Shown piece by piece: positions 19,553 through 29,896 of a DNA stretch of 64,000 nucleotides. Below the pieces are notes generated by a model that was not told the origin of the DNA, searched no databases, and saw only the letters and a program-made list of their open reading frames with translations. Every line of letters starts with the position of its first letter. Position 1 is the first letter of the stretch. The stretch is from an uncultured Erysipelotrichaceae bacterium (lineage in GTDB: Bacteria > Bacillota_I > Bacilli_A > RF39 > UBA660): positions 23,748 through 87,747 of the forward strand of contig CACZST010000034.1 in the NCBI GenBank assembly GCA_902783895.1, given 5' to 3'. A program made the position numbers and the translations under genes.

Positions 19553-22133
19553 ATTTTGCTTCAGCCCAGTTTTTACCATAATGAACATCAGCTTTTAATG
19601 GCACTTTTAATTTATAAACATTTTCCATGGTATTTGATAGAATTTCTTTTACTTTTTCTAATTCTTCTTTATAAGTATCTATTATAAGTTCATCGTGAAT
19701 TTGAATAATCATTTTACTTTTTAAATTATTTTTACTAAATTCATCATATACTTTAACCATGGCAAGTTTTATTATATCTGCGGCAGTTCCTTGAATTGGA
19801 GTATTTAAAGCAATTCTTTCTCCGCTTTGTCTAATTGTGTAAACAGTGTTTTTAAGTTCTGGGATATTTCTTTTTCTTTCAAATAAGGTTTTAACATAAC
19901 CTTTTTCTTTGGCATGTTTAATCGTATTTTCCATATATTCTTTTATACCTGGATATGCTTTTAAATATGTATCTATAAAGTTTTGGGCTTCTTTTGGTGT
20001 CATTCCAATATTTTCTGCAAGTCCATAACTACTAATTCCATATATTATTCCAAAGTTTACGGCCTTAGCTACTCTACGCATGTGTGATGTTACTTCACTT
20101 TCTGGAACTTTAAAAATATCACTTGCGGTTTTAGAGTGGATGTCTTTGCCTTCTTTGAATGCTTCTATTAGAGATTTAACACCGGCTATATGGGCTAAAA
20201 CTCTAAGCTCAATTTGTGAATAATCAGCTCCAGCAATATAATCAAACGACGGTACAAATGCTTGCCTTATTTCCCTACCAATTTCATCTCTTATAGGAAT
20301 GTTTTGTAAATTTGGTTCAATTGAAGAAAGTCTTCCTGTTCTTGTTAAGTTTTGGGTATATATGGTGTGGATTTTTCCATCTTCTTTGATATATGTTTGT
20401 AGTCCTTCAATATATACACTATATATTTTAGATAATTTTCGATATTCAATTATTAAATTTATTATAGGATGTTCATGTTTTAATTTATTTAAAACTTCAA
20501 TAGCTGTTGAATAACCGTTAGCAGTTTTCTTTTTATGAGGTAAATTTAATTTTTCAAATAGAATAACACTAAGCTGACTTGGTGATGATATATTAAATTC
20601 TTCACCGGCAAGGTTATATATATCTTTTGTTAGTAATTCTAATTTTATTTTTATTTTTTCGCCCATTTCGTTTAGCAAAGTTCTGTCTACTTTTACACCA
20701 GTATATTCCATATCAGCCAAAACTAATGATAGTGGAAGTTCAATAGTATTAAATAGTTCATTTAGATTTTCTTGGTTTAATTTTTTTTCAAGTAAATCTT
20801 TTGTTTCATAAATAAATTTTGCTCTTTTAACAAGATTTTCAGCAACTAAGTTTTCATCAGGCATTTTTAATTTATTAAATTTGCCAAATATGTTTTCATA
20901 AAATTCTAGATTATAGTCTAATTGACCAGCTAGATAAGCCATGTCATCTTTAATATTATAATCAAGTAATGACCCTGCTATCATCGCATCGAATGTAACA
21001 TTTTTTATATCAATATTTAAATATTTTAAGGCAACTGCTATTTTTTTAAGATCATAGGTATATTTTATGTTTTCTTTTAAGAATTTTGGATTTTGTTTAA
21101 TTATTTCTTTTGGAATATAATAGGCAATATTTTCGTTATAAACTCCCATACCTACTATTTCACTATTATGATAATTACTACCAAAGACTTCTAGACTTAT
21201 GGCGACATCACCTTCAACATTAATTTCATTTATATCTTTTATTATTTTAAAATTAATTTTATCTAGTTTTTTAGGTGTTTCTTTTTTTAAAAATGAATAA
21301 AATTCTAGTTCTTCATATATTTGATTTAATTTATCAGTATTTGAGCCTTCGTATTTGGTGTCGTCAATATTAATATTAAGTGGAACATCTTTGACAATAG
21401 TTGCGAGGTGGTATGATTTATAAGCATTTTCTTTATCATTTTCTAATTTTTCTTTTAATTTACCTTTTATACTATCAATATTTTCATAGATTCCATCTAA
21501 TGTTTTATAATCTTGAAGTAATTTTAAAGCGGTTTTTTCACCTACTCCTTTAACACCTGGAATATTATCAGAACTATCTCCCATTAAGGATTTTAAATCT
21601 ATTATATTTATTGGTTTAATTCCATATTCAGCCTCAAATGATGTTTCATTATATCTAATATAGTCATGGCTTTTGAGTAATTTAATGTCAACGTCACTTG
21701 ATATTAGCTGTAGTAAATCTTTGTCACTACTTACAATAGTTCCAATAAAATCTGGCTCGTCATCACAAAATTTAGCAAAGGTTCCAATAATGTCATCTGC
21801 TTCATAGTTGTCAATTTCATAATATTTTATTCCCATGGCAGTTAATAGATTTTTAGCGACTGGAAACTGTTTTTTGAGTTCATCTGGTGTTTCTGTTCTT
21901 CCACCTTTATAATCTTGGTACTCTTCATGTCTAAAAGTTTTTCCTTTATCAAAAGCCACCAAAATATATGTTGGTTTTTCTTCATTTATTATTTTATTAA
22001 TCATATTAGTAAAACCAAATAAGGCATTTGTTGGAAAATCTTTACTATTTTTCATAAAATTACCATTATAAGCGGTTGCATAATAGCTTCTAAACATTAG
22101 ATTGTTACCATCTATTAAAATTATCTTTTTCAT
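19551..22133 (-). CDS. polA: DNA polymerase I
   Basis: Start MKKIILIDGNNLMFRSYYA (5'-3' exonuclease domain); C-terminal family A polymerase motifs ...RRVAKAVNFGIIYG...QIHDELI. Confidence 0.9.
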   Translation of the reverse strand: MKKIILIDGNNLMFRSYYATAYNGNFMKNSKDFPTNALFGFTNMINKIINEEKPTYILVAFDKGKTFRHEEYQDYKGGRTETPDELKKQFPVAKNLLTAMGIKYYEIDNYEADDIIGTFAKFCDDEPDFIGTIVSSDKDLLQLISSDVDIKLLKSHDYIRYNETSFEAEYGIKPINIIDLKSLMGDSSDNIPGVKGVGEKTALKLLQDYKTLDGIYENIDSIKGKLKEKLENDKENAYKSYHLATIVKDVPLNINIDDTKYEGSNTDKLNQIYEELEFYSFLKKETPKKLDKINFKIIKDINEINVEGDVAISLEVFGSNYHNSEIVGMGVYNENIAYYIPKEIIKQNPKFLKENIKYTYDLKKIAVALKYLNIDIKNVTFDAMIAGSLLDYNIKDDMAYLAGQLDYNLEFYENIFGKFNKLKMPDENLVAENLVKRAKFIYETKDLLEKKLNQENLNELFNTIELPLSLVLADMEYTGVKVDRTLLNEMGEKIKIKLELLTKDIYNLAGEEFNISSPSQLSVILFEKLNLPHKKKTANGYSTAIEVLNKLKHEHPIINLIIEYRKLSKIYSVYIEGLQTYIKEDGKIHTIYTQNLTRTGRLSSIEPNLQNIPIRDEIGREIRQAFVPSFDYIAGADYSQIELRVLAHIAGVKSLIEAFKEGKDIHSKTASDIFKVPESEVTSHMRRVAKAVNFGIIYGISSYGLAENIGMTPKEAQNFIDTYLKAYPGIKEYMENTIKHAKEKGYVKTLFERKRNIPELKNTVYTIRQSGERIALNTPIQGTAADIIKLAMVKVYDEFSKNNLKSKMIIQIHDELIIDTYKEELEKVKEILSNTMENVYKLKVPLKADVHYGKNWAEAK

Positions 22134-22300
22134 TTTTATCACCATTATATATTGTAGCATAAAAATACTATAGTATCTATTGTTTTATCATTTAAACTCT
22201 TTGGTGTATCAATATGGTGGAGATGATTAAAATGTTATTTAATTTCTTTATTTTTTTTTATTTTTGATAAAGACATAATAAAAATAGGACCTTGTATTCC

Positions 22301-22591
22301 CTATTTATTAAAGATTTGGTTATGGGTGCCAGTATTTACTAATAGTAAAATAATTTCTTCATCTAAATATTTATAAATAAGTAACCAATCAGGTTCAATG
22401 TGACAGTCTCTACAATCTTTAAATTTCTTATCGCTATATAGAGAGTGGTCCTTATACTTTGAATCTAATGGTTGCTTTTTAGAAAGAATATCTACCACGT
22501 TTAACAATTTTTCGATGTTTTTACCTTGTTTTATCGTTTTTTTTAAAGATTTTTTAAATTCTTTAGAATATTTTACTTTATAATTAATCAT
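22301..22591 (-). CDS. yafQ: type II toxin YafQ/RelE-family mRNA interferase
   Basis: 96 aa; YSKEFKKSLKKTIKQGKN...YKDHSLYSDKKFKDCRDCHIEPDWLLIYKYLDEE..LLLVNTGTHNQIF matches the YafQ pattern. Confidence 0.75.
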   Translation of the reverse strand: MINYKVKYSKEFKKSLKKTIKQGKNIEKLLNVVDILSKKQPLDSKYKDHSLYSDKKFKDCRDCHIEPDWLLIYKYLDEEIILLLVNTGTHNQIFNK

Positions 22592-22898
22592 CTGATAATA
22601 AAGCTTTCTTTAAATCTTCCATATTGTCATAACTTGGATATTCGTCTAAATGCTTTTCCATATAAGCGAGTTCTTTTGCTGTTTTTTCAATTTCTTCTTT
22701 AGAAAAAAATTTATATATATCATTTTTTTCTTGAGGAATTGATACTTCAAACGGAATACTTTCCCTCATTATTAGTTGTTTGATAGTCATGTTTATTAAA
22801 CCACTCATACTAACGCCTAATTTTTGAAGTATTTCTGTGGCTTTTTCTTTATCCTCTTTATCAATTTGAACACTTATAGCTGTTGTTAAATTAGCCAT
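22584..22898 (-). CDS. dinJ: DinJ/RelB-family antitoxin
   Basis: 104 aa; ISVQIDKEDKEKATEILQKLGVSMSGLINMTIKQLIMRESIPFEVSIP ribbon-helix-helix DinJ pattern; overlaps the toxin gene by 8 nt. Confidence 0.75.
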   Translation of the reverse strand: MANLTTAISVQIDKEDKEKATEILQKLGVSMSGLINMTIKQLIMRESIPFEVSIPQEKNDIYKFFSKEEIEKTAKELAYMEKHLDEYPSYDNMEDLKKALLSDD

Positions 22899-23073
22899 AC
22901 ATAATCATCTCACTTTCTATTAGTAATATATCACTTTTTGAATAATAAGTCAACAAAAATATATAATACTTATATATTTTTCATATGATTATTATATATT
23001 TATTATATGATTATATTTATATTTAATACATTATAATTTAAAATATTAATATAACATATACAAAATTTTAACT

Positions 23074-24153
23074 TTATATAGTATATTTTTTGATATTTGT
23101 ATATTTTAATTTTTTCTCGTTTATATTAATTAAATTTTTATTTAGGATAATATAATAATTATTTTGATTTTTATATAATCTTCCTTTAGTTATATTTCTT
23201 TTTATAAAAATATTTTTGTCAATTAATGGGATTATTACTTGTTTTGATAAGGTATATGGATTTTTTCTTGGATTAAATTTATTATAAAATCTGACTAAAT
23301 CTTTAATTGTTAAATTACTATTTAAAGAAATAAAATATTCAATTATTTGTTTTTCTTCTTGATTTAGATCTATATTAATATTTCTGATTATATATTCTTT
23401 TTCTAATTGTTTTAAAACTTCTTTCATCATATATTTTAAAAATAATGTTATATCACCTTTCTTAGATAATATTATATTTTTTTCATATTCTTTTTGGTTA
23501 TAGGTAATTGCCTTAGTAAATATCGTAAAAGGATAAGCATTATTATTTAGTAAATACCAAAGGGCTAAAGTACGACTTGTTCTTCCATTAACATCGAAGT
23601 ATGGATGGATATAAACGAAATAGAAATGCATTATTTGAGATTTTATAAAAGGATCAAAGTTTTCATCATTTATAAACTCAAATAATTCATTCATATGTTT
23701 ATCAATATGTTTTTCATCTATTCCCATGTATGGTTCAATCGATAAATTTCTTCCTTTTAAAATATAAACTTTATCATTTCGGTAATACTTTCCCATCATG
23801 TTTAAGTCACATTCATCTAATAAATTATTTGATAAAATTGAATATAATTTTTTTAATGTTTCCTTATTTATTTCTTTATTTTCTAAAATATATTTATAAC
23901 CTTTTGATAAATTTTTAATTCTATCTGGAACATCTGCTTTTTCAATTTCCATGATATCATCATTTTCCCCTTCAATTGTATTATTAGCTTTTATTTCACC
24001 ATTTAAAATACTTTTGGCAAATTCTAGTTTCTTCATATAATCTAAGTCTTTTAAAAAAAATAAGATGTCATCTTCAAATCTTTGGAGATAATTTTGATTA
24101 AAATAAAAACTATTATTATTTTCATCAGTTAAATTTAGATATGTAAAATCCAT
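23074..24153 (-). CDS. Fic-family protein (AMPylase-type Fido domain plus C-terminal winged helix)
   Basis: 359 aa; Fic motif HPYFDVNGRTSR, i.e. HxFx(D/E)xNGRxxR. Confidence 0.75.
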   Translation of the reverse strand: MDFTYLNLTDENNNSFYFNQNYLQRFEDDILFFLKDLDYMKKLEFAKSILNGEIKANNTIEGENDDIMEIEKADVPDRIKNLSKGYKYILENKEINKETLKKLYSILSNNLLDECDLNMMGKYYRNDKVYILKGRNLSIEPYMGIDEKHIDKHMNELFEFINDENFDPFIKSQIMHFYFVYIHPYFDVNGRTSRTLALWYLLNNNAYPFTIFTKAITYNQKEYEKNIILSKKGDITLFLKYMMKEVLKQLEKEYIIRNINIDLNQEEKQIIEYFISLNSNLTIKDLVRFYNKFNPRKNPYTLSKQVIIPLIDKNIFIKRNITKGRLYKNQNNYYIILNKNLININEKKLKYTNIKKYTI

Positions 24154-24189
24154 AGTATCCTCCTTTTTCTCGGGTTATTATAACATATT

Positions 24190-24226
24190 TTGGAATAAAA
24201 AAAGTTTATTTTTAAAATAAACTTAA
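24190..24226 (-). terminator. rho-independent terminator overlapping the polC stop codon
   Basis: Palindrome aagtttatttt-taa-aataaactt; the minus-strand transcript is followed by uuuuuuu. Confidence 0.5.
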
Positions 24227-27200
24227 TTGGCTAGACTCTTCCATACCATCTAGGATTCCCATGGATCTTAATTTTTCAATTAATGTTGTGGAAAGTTTAG
24301 CACGTTTTTGAAGGTCTTCGATACTTATGTATTCACCTTTTTTTCTTTCTTCAACGATGTTTTTAGCAACAACATCACCTAGCCCATCTATTGATCTAAA
24401 TGGTGGGATTAAGTTACCTTCTTCGTCAATAACAAAGTTTGTAGAATCACTTTTATATAAATTAATTGGTTTAAATTTGATGCCTCTTGCGAGTGCTTCT
24501 AAGGCAACTTTTAAACATTCTAGTATTGATGATTCTTTATTTGTTGCTTCATATCCTTTTTCATTTATTTCTATTATTCTGTTTTTTACAAATTCATATC
24601 CTTTTATCATACTTTCAATATCAAAGTCATCATATTCGACAGAGAACTGTGCGGCATAATATACAGATGGCTTATGAACTTTATAATAAGCTAAACGCAT
24701 AGCATTAATAACATAAGCAACAGCATGAGCTTTGGGGAACATATACTGAATTTTATAACAAGATTCAATATACCAATCTTCTATTCCAGCTTCTTTCATG
24801 TCTTTTACATATTCATTCCATTGATCTGGGATTTTTTTAGCTTTTCCTTTACGAACAAATTCCATTATTTTAAATGCTTTAAATGGAGCCATACCTTTAT
24901 ACATAAGATAAACCATAATATCATCACGACATCCGATAACATCACTGAAAGGTACTGTTCCACTATCAATTAAATCTTTAGCGTTACCATTCCATACATC
25001 TGTACCATGAGATAAACCAGATATTTTAACAAGTTCGGCAAAGGTTTTAGGTTTTGTATCTCTAACCATTTGTAAGGTAAATGGTGTTCCAAATTCTGGG
25101 ATACCTAATGTTCCTGTATCATTCATTATTTGGTCTTTGGTTACACCTAATGGTTCTGGTGATAAGAATATTTTCATTGTTTCTTTATCATCCATGGGTA
25201 TTTTAGTGACATCATCACCAGTTATATTTTGAATTAATCTTAATTTTGTTGGGCCTGAATGGCCTAAGATATCAAGTTTTAAAACGTCTTGGTCAATGGC
25301 ATGGTAGTCAAAGTGTGTGGTTCGCCAAGGTGATGTAGCATCGTCAGCAGGATATTGGAAAGGAGTAAAATCAAATACATCCATATACTGAGGAATAACA
25401 ACTATTCCACCTGGGTGCTGGCCGGTTGTTCTTTTAATTCCAGTACATCCTTGAGCTAATCTTTCAATTTCAGCATTTCGCATTGAAATTCCTTTATCTT
25501 CACAGTATCCTTTAACATATCCAAAAGCCGTTTTTTCGGCTACTGTACCAATAGTTCCGGCACGATAAACATTATCTTTACCGAATAATACTTTGGTATA
25601 TTCATGGGCTGCTGCTTGATTTAAATCAGAGAAATTTAAATCGATATCTGGTACTTTATCAGCGTGGAAACCTAAGAATGTAGCAAATGGCATGTCTTGT
25701 CCTTCTTTTATCATTTTTGTTTGACATTTTGGACAGTTATAATCTGGAAGATCATATCCACTTCCGTAATCACTTCCAAGTGGTCTACCATTTAATTCAA
25801 ATATAGAATGTTTACAATTTGGACAAACATAATGTGGAGGCAGGGCATTTACTTCAGTTATTCCCATCATTGTGGCAACAAGTGACGAACCAACAGATCC
25901 TCTACTTCCAACCAAATAACCATCATCATTTGATTTTTTAACTAATTTTTGGGATATTAAATAAATTACATCGAAGTTAGCACCTATGATACCAGTTAGT
26001 TTTTCTTTAATGCCTTTTTCATCTATATCAGGGTTATCTTCTTTTAATAAATTTATAATTCCTTTTTTATAACTTCGCATAACATCATGGAGTTTTTTAT
26101 ATATTATTTTATTATATTCCTCATCAGACATATCACCTTGAGGATTTTGTTTTTTTATTATATTAAATGGTTCATCTCCATAAAGTTCAGTGGCAAGTCT
26201 TTCTTCAATATTGTATGGTAATGGATTACCATAAATTTCTTCAGCTTTATCATATACCATATCAGTCGTTGTTTCGGAACAATTTTCAATATTTGGGGCG
26301 AAAGGAATTCCACCTGTGTCAATTATTACTTCAATTATGTCAACCATATCAGCAATTTTATTTGGATTAGTAATTACAATTTCTTTAGCTTCATCCTCGT
26401 CTAAGAAATTAAAATCTTCAAGCATTTCGGTTGTTGTTCGGAAATATTGATTTGGTATTTCTTTAATATTATTTCTAGATAGTGGGTGTCTTCCACCTCC
26501 AGGAACTTTTTGTCTTACAATGATTTCTCTATAAATTTTATCTTCAGGATTTATTTGGTGAACATCTCCGGTCGCCACTATTAGTTTTCCAGACTCTTTA
26601 GTTACTTTGATTATTTTTTTAATATGGTTAATTAGTTCAGCTTTATTACCAAAGTCACCCATTTGAATTAAGTGGTCATATACTTCTGGTGACTGAACTT
26701 CAACATAATCATAGAAGCCGATTAGATTTGCTAATTCTTCTTCTGATTTACTTCTGGCAAGTTTGAATATTTCACTTTCATAGCAGCCACTACCAATTAG
26801 TAATCCTTCTCTATGGCTTTCAATTTCACTTCTTAATATCCTTGGTGTTTTATATAAATATGTTGTGTTTGCTTTAGAGATTAATTTAAACATATTTTTA
26901 AGTCCAGTTTTATTTTTAGCTAAAATATTTACGTGATACGCTGCACCATATTTATAAATTTCATCTTTGGAAACTAGTTTTTCTAAGTCGGCAATTGTTT
27001 TAAAATTACGGTCAGTAAGTTTTTTTATCATTTTGTGAAATACTAAGGCAGTTCCTTCGGCATCATAATCACCACGGTGGTGAGCATTTTCATCCCAAGG
27101 GACATCATATCTTTTAACTAAAGCAGATAAACTATGTCTAGCATATCCGGTATCTAAGGCTCTTGAAAGTTCTAATGTATCAATAACTGGATTATCGAAT

Positions 27201-28717
27201 GAACCTAAATTGTATTTTTGATAAGCCATACTTATGAATGAAGTATCAAATTTGGCATTATGAGCGACTAATGGTAAGTCACCTATCCATTCTTTGAATC
27301 TTTTAACAGCATTTTCTTCATTATCTTTATCTTTTAACATATCATCTGTTATATTGGTAAGTTCAGTTATTTTATATGGAAGTGGTCTTTCTGGATTAAT
27401 TAATTCATCATAATGTTCTAGGATTTCTCCTTCTTTTATTTTAACGGCACCAATTTCAATTATAGAATCAGCACCACCAGCGTTAAATCCTGTAGTTTCT
27501 AAATCGAAAACAACATATGTTGATTTTAATAAATCTTCATTATTTTTTCTTACAACTATTCCTACAGTATCATCAATTAAAGTTAATTCGGTTCCATATA
27601 TGGCTTTGAATTTATCTTTATCTTCTTTACCTTTGTTATAACTTGTTACTGTATTAAATACATGTGGGAATGCTTGACATCCGTTATGATCAGTTATGGC
27701 AATGGCTTTATGGCCCCATTTAATTGCTTGGTTTACTAGGGCAATTTCGTCAGCTACACCATCCATTTGACTCATTTTTGTATGAGTGTGCAATTCTACT
27801 CTTTTTTCTTTAGCATTATCTTCTCTTACTTCATCTTCTTTTTCTAAGATATTAATAGCTCTTGCGTTTAAAACTATTTCATTTGAGTATTTATCATTTT
27901 TAGCATAACCTTTTATTAAATACCATTTCCCATTTTTTAGACTCTTTTTATATTTATTAAATTCTTCCTCTTCACGGCAGAATATTTTACAGTACATACT
28001 ATCTGATTTATCAGTTATTTTTAAGGTAATTATTTTGAAATTACTTTTACTTGACTCAAAAAAATCTACACCAAATATTTGTGCTTCAACAGTAACATTA
28101 TCCATTTCAAATGTGATTAAATTTATTTTAGTTGGAGTATCTTTTATTTCGCCGCCCATAATAAAAGGATTTTCTTTTATTACAGGTTTAGGAATTTCTT
28201 TTAATTTTTCTTTTTCTATTTCTTTTTCTATTTCTAAAGATTTTTCTTTGTTTATATTTGTTTTAATTTTTATTTTAAATCCAGCATAGTTTAACTGTTT
28301 TTCAAGTTCTTCTTTGATACTTGAAAACTTCATTTCTTCGGCAATATTTCCTACTTCAACTGATAAAATATTATCATCTAAATTTAATTTACTTTCCATA
28401 AAAATGGATAAAAGTGGAGCATTTTTACTATAGTCTTCTATAAAGTATCTATAGTAGTCAGTAAGCTTTTCTAAGTCAAATGATTCAACCTTAATATCAA
28501 CCTTTACACTTTCAGCGGTATTAAAACATTTAACCATTAGATTGCAGAAAGTAAAGTAAAGATTTTTGGGCAAAGTTTGTTTTAGGTTAAGACAAAAAAG
28601 ATATTTAGTTTTTCCTCTATTACAAATAATTTTTTCAAGTTTTCCACCATCAAAATATTTAAAATCGTCTTTATCTAAGTTAATTTGATTAAGTAATAAA
28701 TTAAGTTTATCGTTCAT
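24212..28717 (-). CDS. polC: DNA polymerase III PolC-type (Gram-positive replicative polymerase)
   Basis: 1501 aa; PHP, OB, 3'-5' exonuclease (DEDDh, e.g. VVFDLETTG) and polymerase core domains. Confidence 0.95.
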   Translation of the reverse strand: MNDKLNLLLNQINLDKDDFKYFDGGKLEKIICNRGKTKYLFCLNLKQTLPKNLYFTFCNLMVKCFNTAESVKVDIKVESFDLEKLTDYYRYFIEDYSKNAPLLSIFMESKLNLDDNILSVEVGNIAEEMKFSSIKEELEKQLNYAGFKIKIKTNINKEKSLEIEKEIEKEKLKEIPKPVIKENPFIMGGEIKDTPTKINLITFEMDNVTVEAQIFGVDFFESSKSNFKIITLKITDKSDSMYCKIFCREEEEFNKYKKSLKNGKWYLIKGYAKNDKYSNEIVLNARAINILEKEDEVREDNAKEKRVELHTHTKMSQMDGVADEIALVNQAIKWGHKAIAITDHNGCQAFPHVFNTVTSYNKGKEDKDKFKAIYGTELTLIDDTVGIVVRKNNEDLLKSTYVVFDLETTGFNAGGADSIIEIGAVKIKEGEILEHYDELINPERPLPYKITELTNITDDMLKDKDNEENAVKRFKEWIGDLPLVAHNAKFDTSFISMAYQKYNLGSFDNPVIDTLELSRALDTGYARHSLSALVKRYDVPWDENAHHRGDYDAEGTALVFHKMIKKLTDRNFKTIADLEKLVSKDEIYKYGAAYHVNILAKNKTGLKNMFKLISKANTTYLYKTPRILRSEIESHREGLLIGSGCYESEIFKLARSKSEEELANLIGFYDYVEVQSPEVYDHLIQMGDFGNKAELINHIKKIIKVTKESGKLIVATGDVHQINPEDKIYREIIVRQKVPGGGRHPLSRNNIKEIPNQYFRTTTEMLEDFNFLDEDEAKEIVITNPNKIADMVDIIEVIIDTGGIPFAPNIENCSETTTDMVYDKAEEIYGNPLPYNIEERLATELYGDEPFNIIKKQNPQGDMSDEEYNKIIYKKLHDVMRSYKKGIINLLKEDNPDIDEKGIKEKLTGIIGANFDVIYLISQKLVKKSNDDGYLVGSRGSVGSSLVATMMGITEVNALPPHYVCPNCKHSIFELNGRPLGSDYGSGYDLPDYNCPKCQTKMIKEGQDMPFATFLGFHADKVPDIDLNFSDLNQAAAHEYTKVLFGKDNVYRAGTIGTVAEKTAFGYVKGYCEDKGISMRNAEIERLAQGCTGIKRTTGQHPGGIVVIPQYMDVFDFTPFQYPADDATSPWRTTHFDYHAIDQDVLKLDILGHSGPTKLRLIQNITGDDVTKIPMDDKETMKIFLSPEPLGVTKDQIMNDTGTLGIPEFGTPFTLQMVRDTKPKTFAELVKISGLSHGTDVWNGNAKDLIDSGTVPFSDVIGCRDDIMVYLMYKGMAPFKAFKIMEFVRKGKAKKIPDQWNEYVKDMKEAGIEDWYIESCYKIQYMFPKAHAVAYVINAMRLAYYKVHKPSVYYAAQFSVEYDDFDIESMIKGYEFVKNRIIEINEKGYEATNKESSILECLKVALEALARGIKFKPINLYKSDSTNFVIDEEGNLIPPFRSIDGLGDVVAKNIVEERKKGEYISIEDLQKRAKLSTTLIEKLRSMGILDGMEESSQLSLF

Positions 28718-28810
28718 CTTAAACCACCCTACATTCGATTATAACATACGGGATTATTTTTCGTAAATAATTTTTTAAGAAAATAAAAAAATCATTTATT
28801 TTTAAATGAT

Positions 28811-29773
28811 TTATTCAGATATACTATATGGATTTGCTTCTGTACCTTCTCCGCATAATTTTATATCTGAGCTTAAATAGAATGATGGGTAAAAGCTTAT
28901 TAGACTACTTGCATTATTTTGTCTTATACTTGTTGTTGAAAACATGTACCATATTGCATCTGCAGCTGAATGACTAAATGGTGATAATAACCAGCTTTGC
29001 TTTGTGGACGTTAGATAGTTATGAGATTGACTATTGTTATAACATGCGGATGTACTCCTATATGCACCAGCACTAACACATGCGGAGTTATTACTTGCTT
29101 TTACATAATCTACGACACTAATTAAAGCTATTTTACCTTTCCACCTATATGCAGATGCTTCTTGCATATTTTGCGCAATACTTGACATATCATATCCAAC
29201 AGGACCGACATCCCAATATTTTTCTTCGATATATTTTTTTACGTTACTATCTAGACTATTATACCACTCATTATTTAAATATGTATTAAGTGTTGCTTCT
29301 TTATCTGGAATTTCTTTTAAAGCCTCTCCTATTTTTATTGGCATTTTTGTTACACTATTGCCGTTTGCGTCAAATGTTGTTGTTTTGCTCCCCCAGACTT
29401 TACAACCTTTTGCACTTGTTCCACAATATTCTGATGTCCTTGAGCTTGCCTTATCCCATGCTTGTCCGCTAACATAATCTTTCTTCATTACTTTTATAGT
29501 TCCATCATTTTCAAGTGATATTATTCTATAAAGGTCATTACCTAATTTAATATAATTTTCAGGGGTACCCCCTTTGAAAACATATCTACTTGTGTCGTTA
29601 GGGTCGATATATAAGCCCGAACCTGTTTTGGTTAATTTCTGCATTAATTTTTCACTTGGAGTTTCCGATTTACATACTATTTTACTTTTACCAGTTATTT
29701 TTACACTTGTACTGAAAGCAGCATAACCAATAGTCATTAAAGTTACAACTGCAAGTAAACTTATAAACATCAT
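28811..29773 (-). CDS. surface-protein family paralog lacking the C-terminal anchor; currently out of frame with an upstream leader ORF (ATG 29808) because of a poly-A(13) tract
   Basis: 320 aa ORF MMFISLLAVVTLMTIG...GDGLYID..NDLYRIISLENDGTIKV...LPDKEATLNTYLNNEWYNSL...KWKGKIALISVVDYVKAS...GEGTEANPYSISE. It ends before the VPxTS anchor seen in the paralogs. Confidence 0.7.
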   Translation of the reverse strand: MMFISLLAVVTLMTIGYAAFSTSVKITGKSKIVCKSETPSEKLMQKLTKTGSGLYIDPNDTSRYVFKGGTPENYIKLGNDLYRIISLENDGTIKVMKKDYVSGQAWDKASSRTSEYCGTSAKGCKVWGSKTTTFDANGNSVTKMPIKIGEALKEIPDKEATLNTYLNNEWYNSLDSNVKKYIEEKYWDVGPVGYDMSSIAQNMQEASAYRWKGKIALISVVDYVKASNNSACVSAGAYRSTSACYNNSQSHNYLTSTKQSWLLSPFSHSAADAIWYMFSTTSIRQNNASSLISFYPSFYLSSDIKLCGEGTEANPYSISE

Positions 29774-29782
29774 TGTTTTTTG

Positions 29783-29795
29783 TTTTTTTTTTTTT
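29783..29795 (-). repeat. homopolymeric A(13) tract (T13 on + strand) in the 5' coding leader of the surface-protein gene; candidate slipped-strand phase-variation switch
   Basis: ATG(29808) AGA AAG ATT C + A13 + C AAAAAA CAA TGA gives MRKIQKKKNKKQ-stop. With A14 or A11 it reads MRKIQKKK(K)QKT fused in frame to MMFISLLAVVTLMTIG, giving a complete signal peptide. Confidence 0.7.
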
Positions 29796-29833
29796 GAATC
29801 TTTCTCATATATTTCCTCGCTTATTATATTTAT

Positions 29834-29862
29834 ATTATATATAGGTATTTGGGATAAATCAA
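29834..29862 (-). promoter_or_regulatory. sigma-A promoter of the phase-variable surface-protein gene (TTGATT-17-TATAAT)
   Basis: -35 at 29857-29862 and -10 at 29834-29839 on the minus strand. Confidence 0.5.
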
Positions 29863-29896
29863 CATTTTTGGTTTAAAAAAAATAAGATTATAAATC

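Noticed and set aside
22899-23073. Extremely AT-rich spacer with short direct repeats (tatatttattatatgattatattt...) examined as a possible CRISPR array or mobile-element end
   Set aside because: There is no regular repeat-spacer periodicity, no inverted terminal repeats, and no transposase or cas gene nearby. It is most likely a promoter/UP region for the Fic gene.
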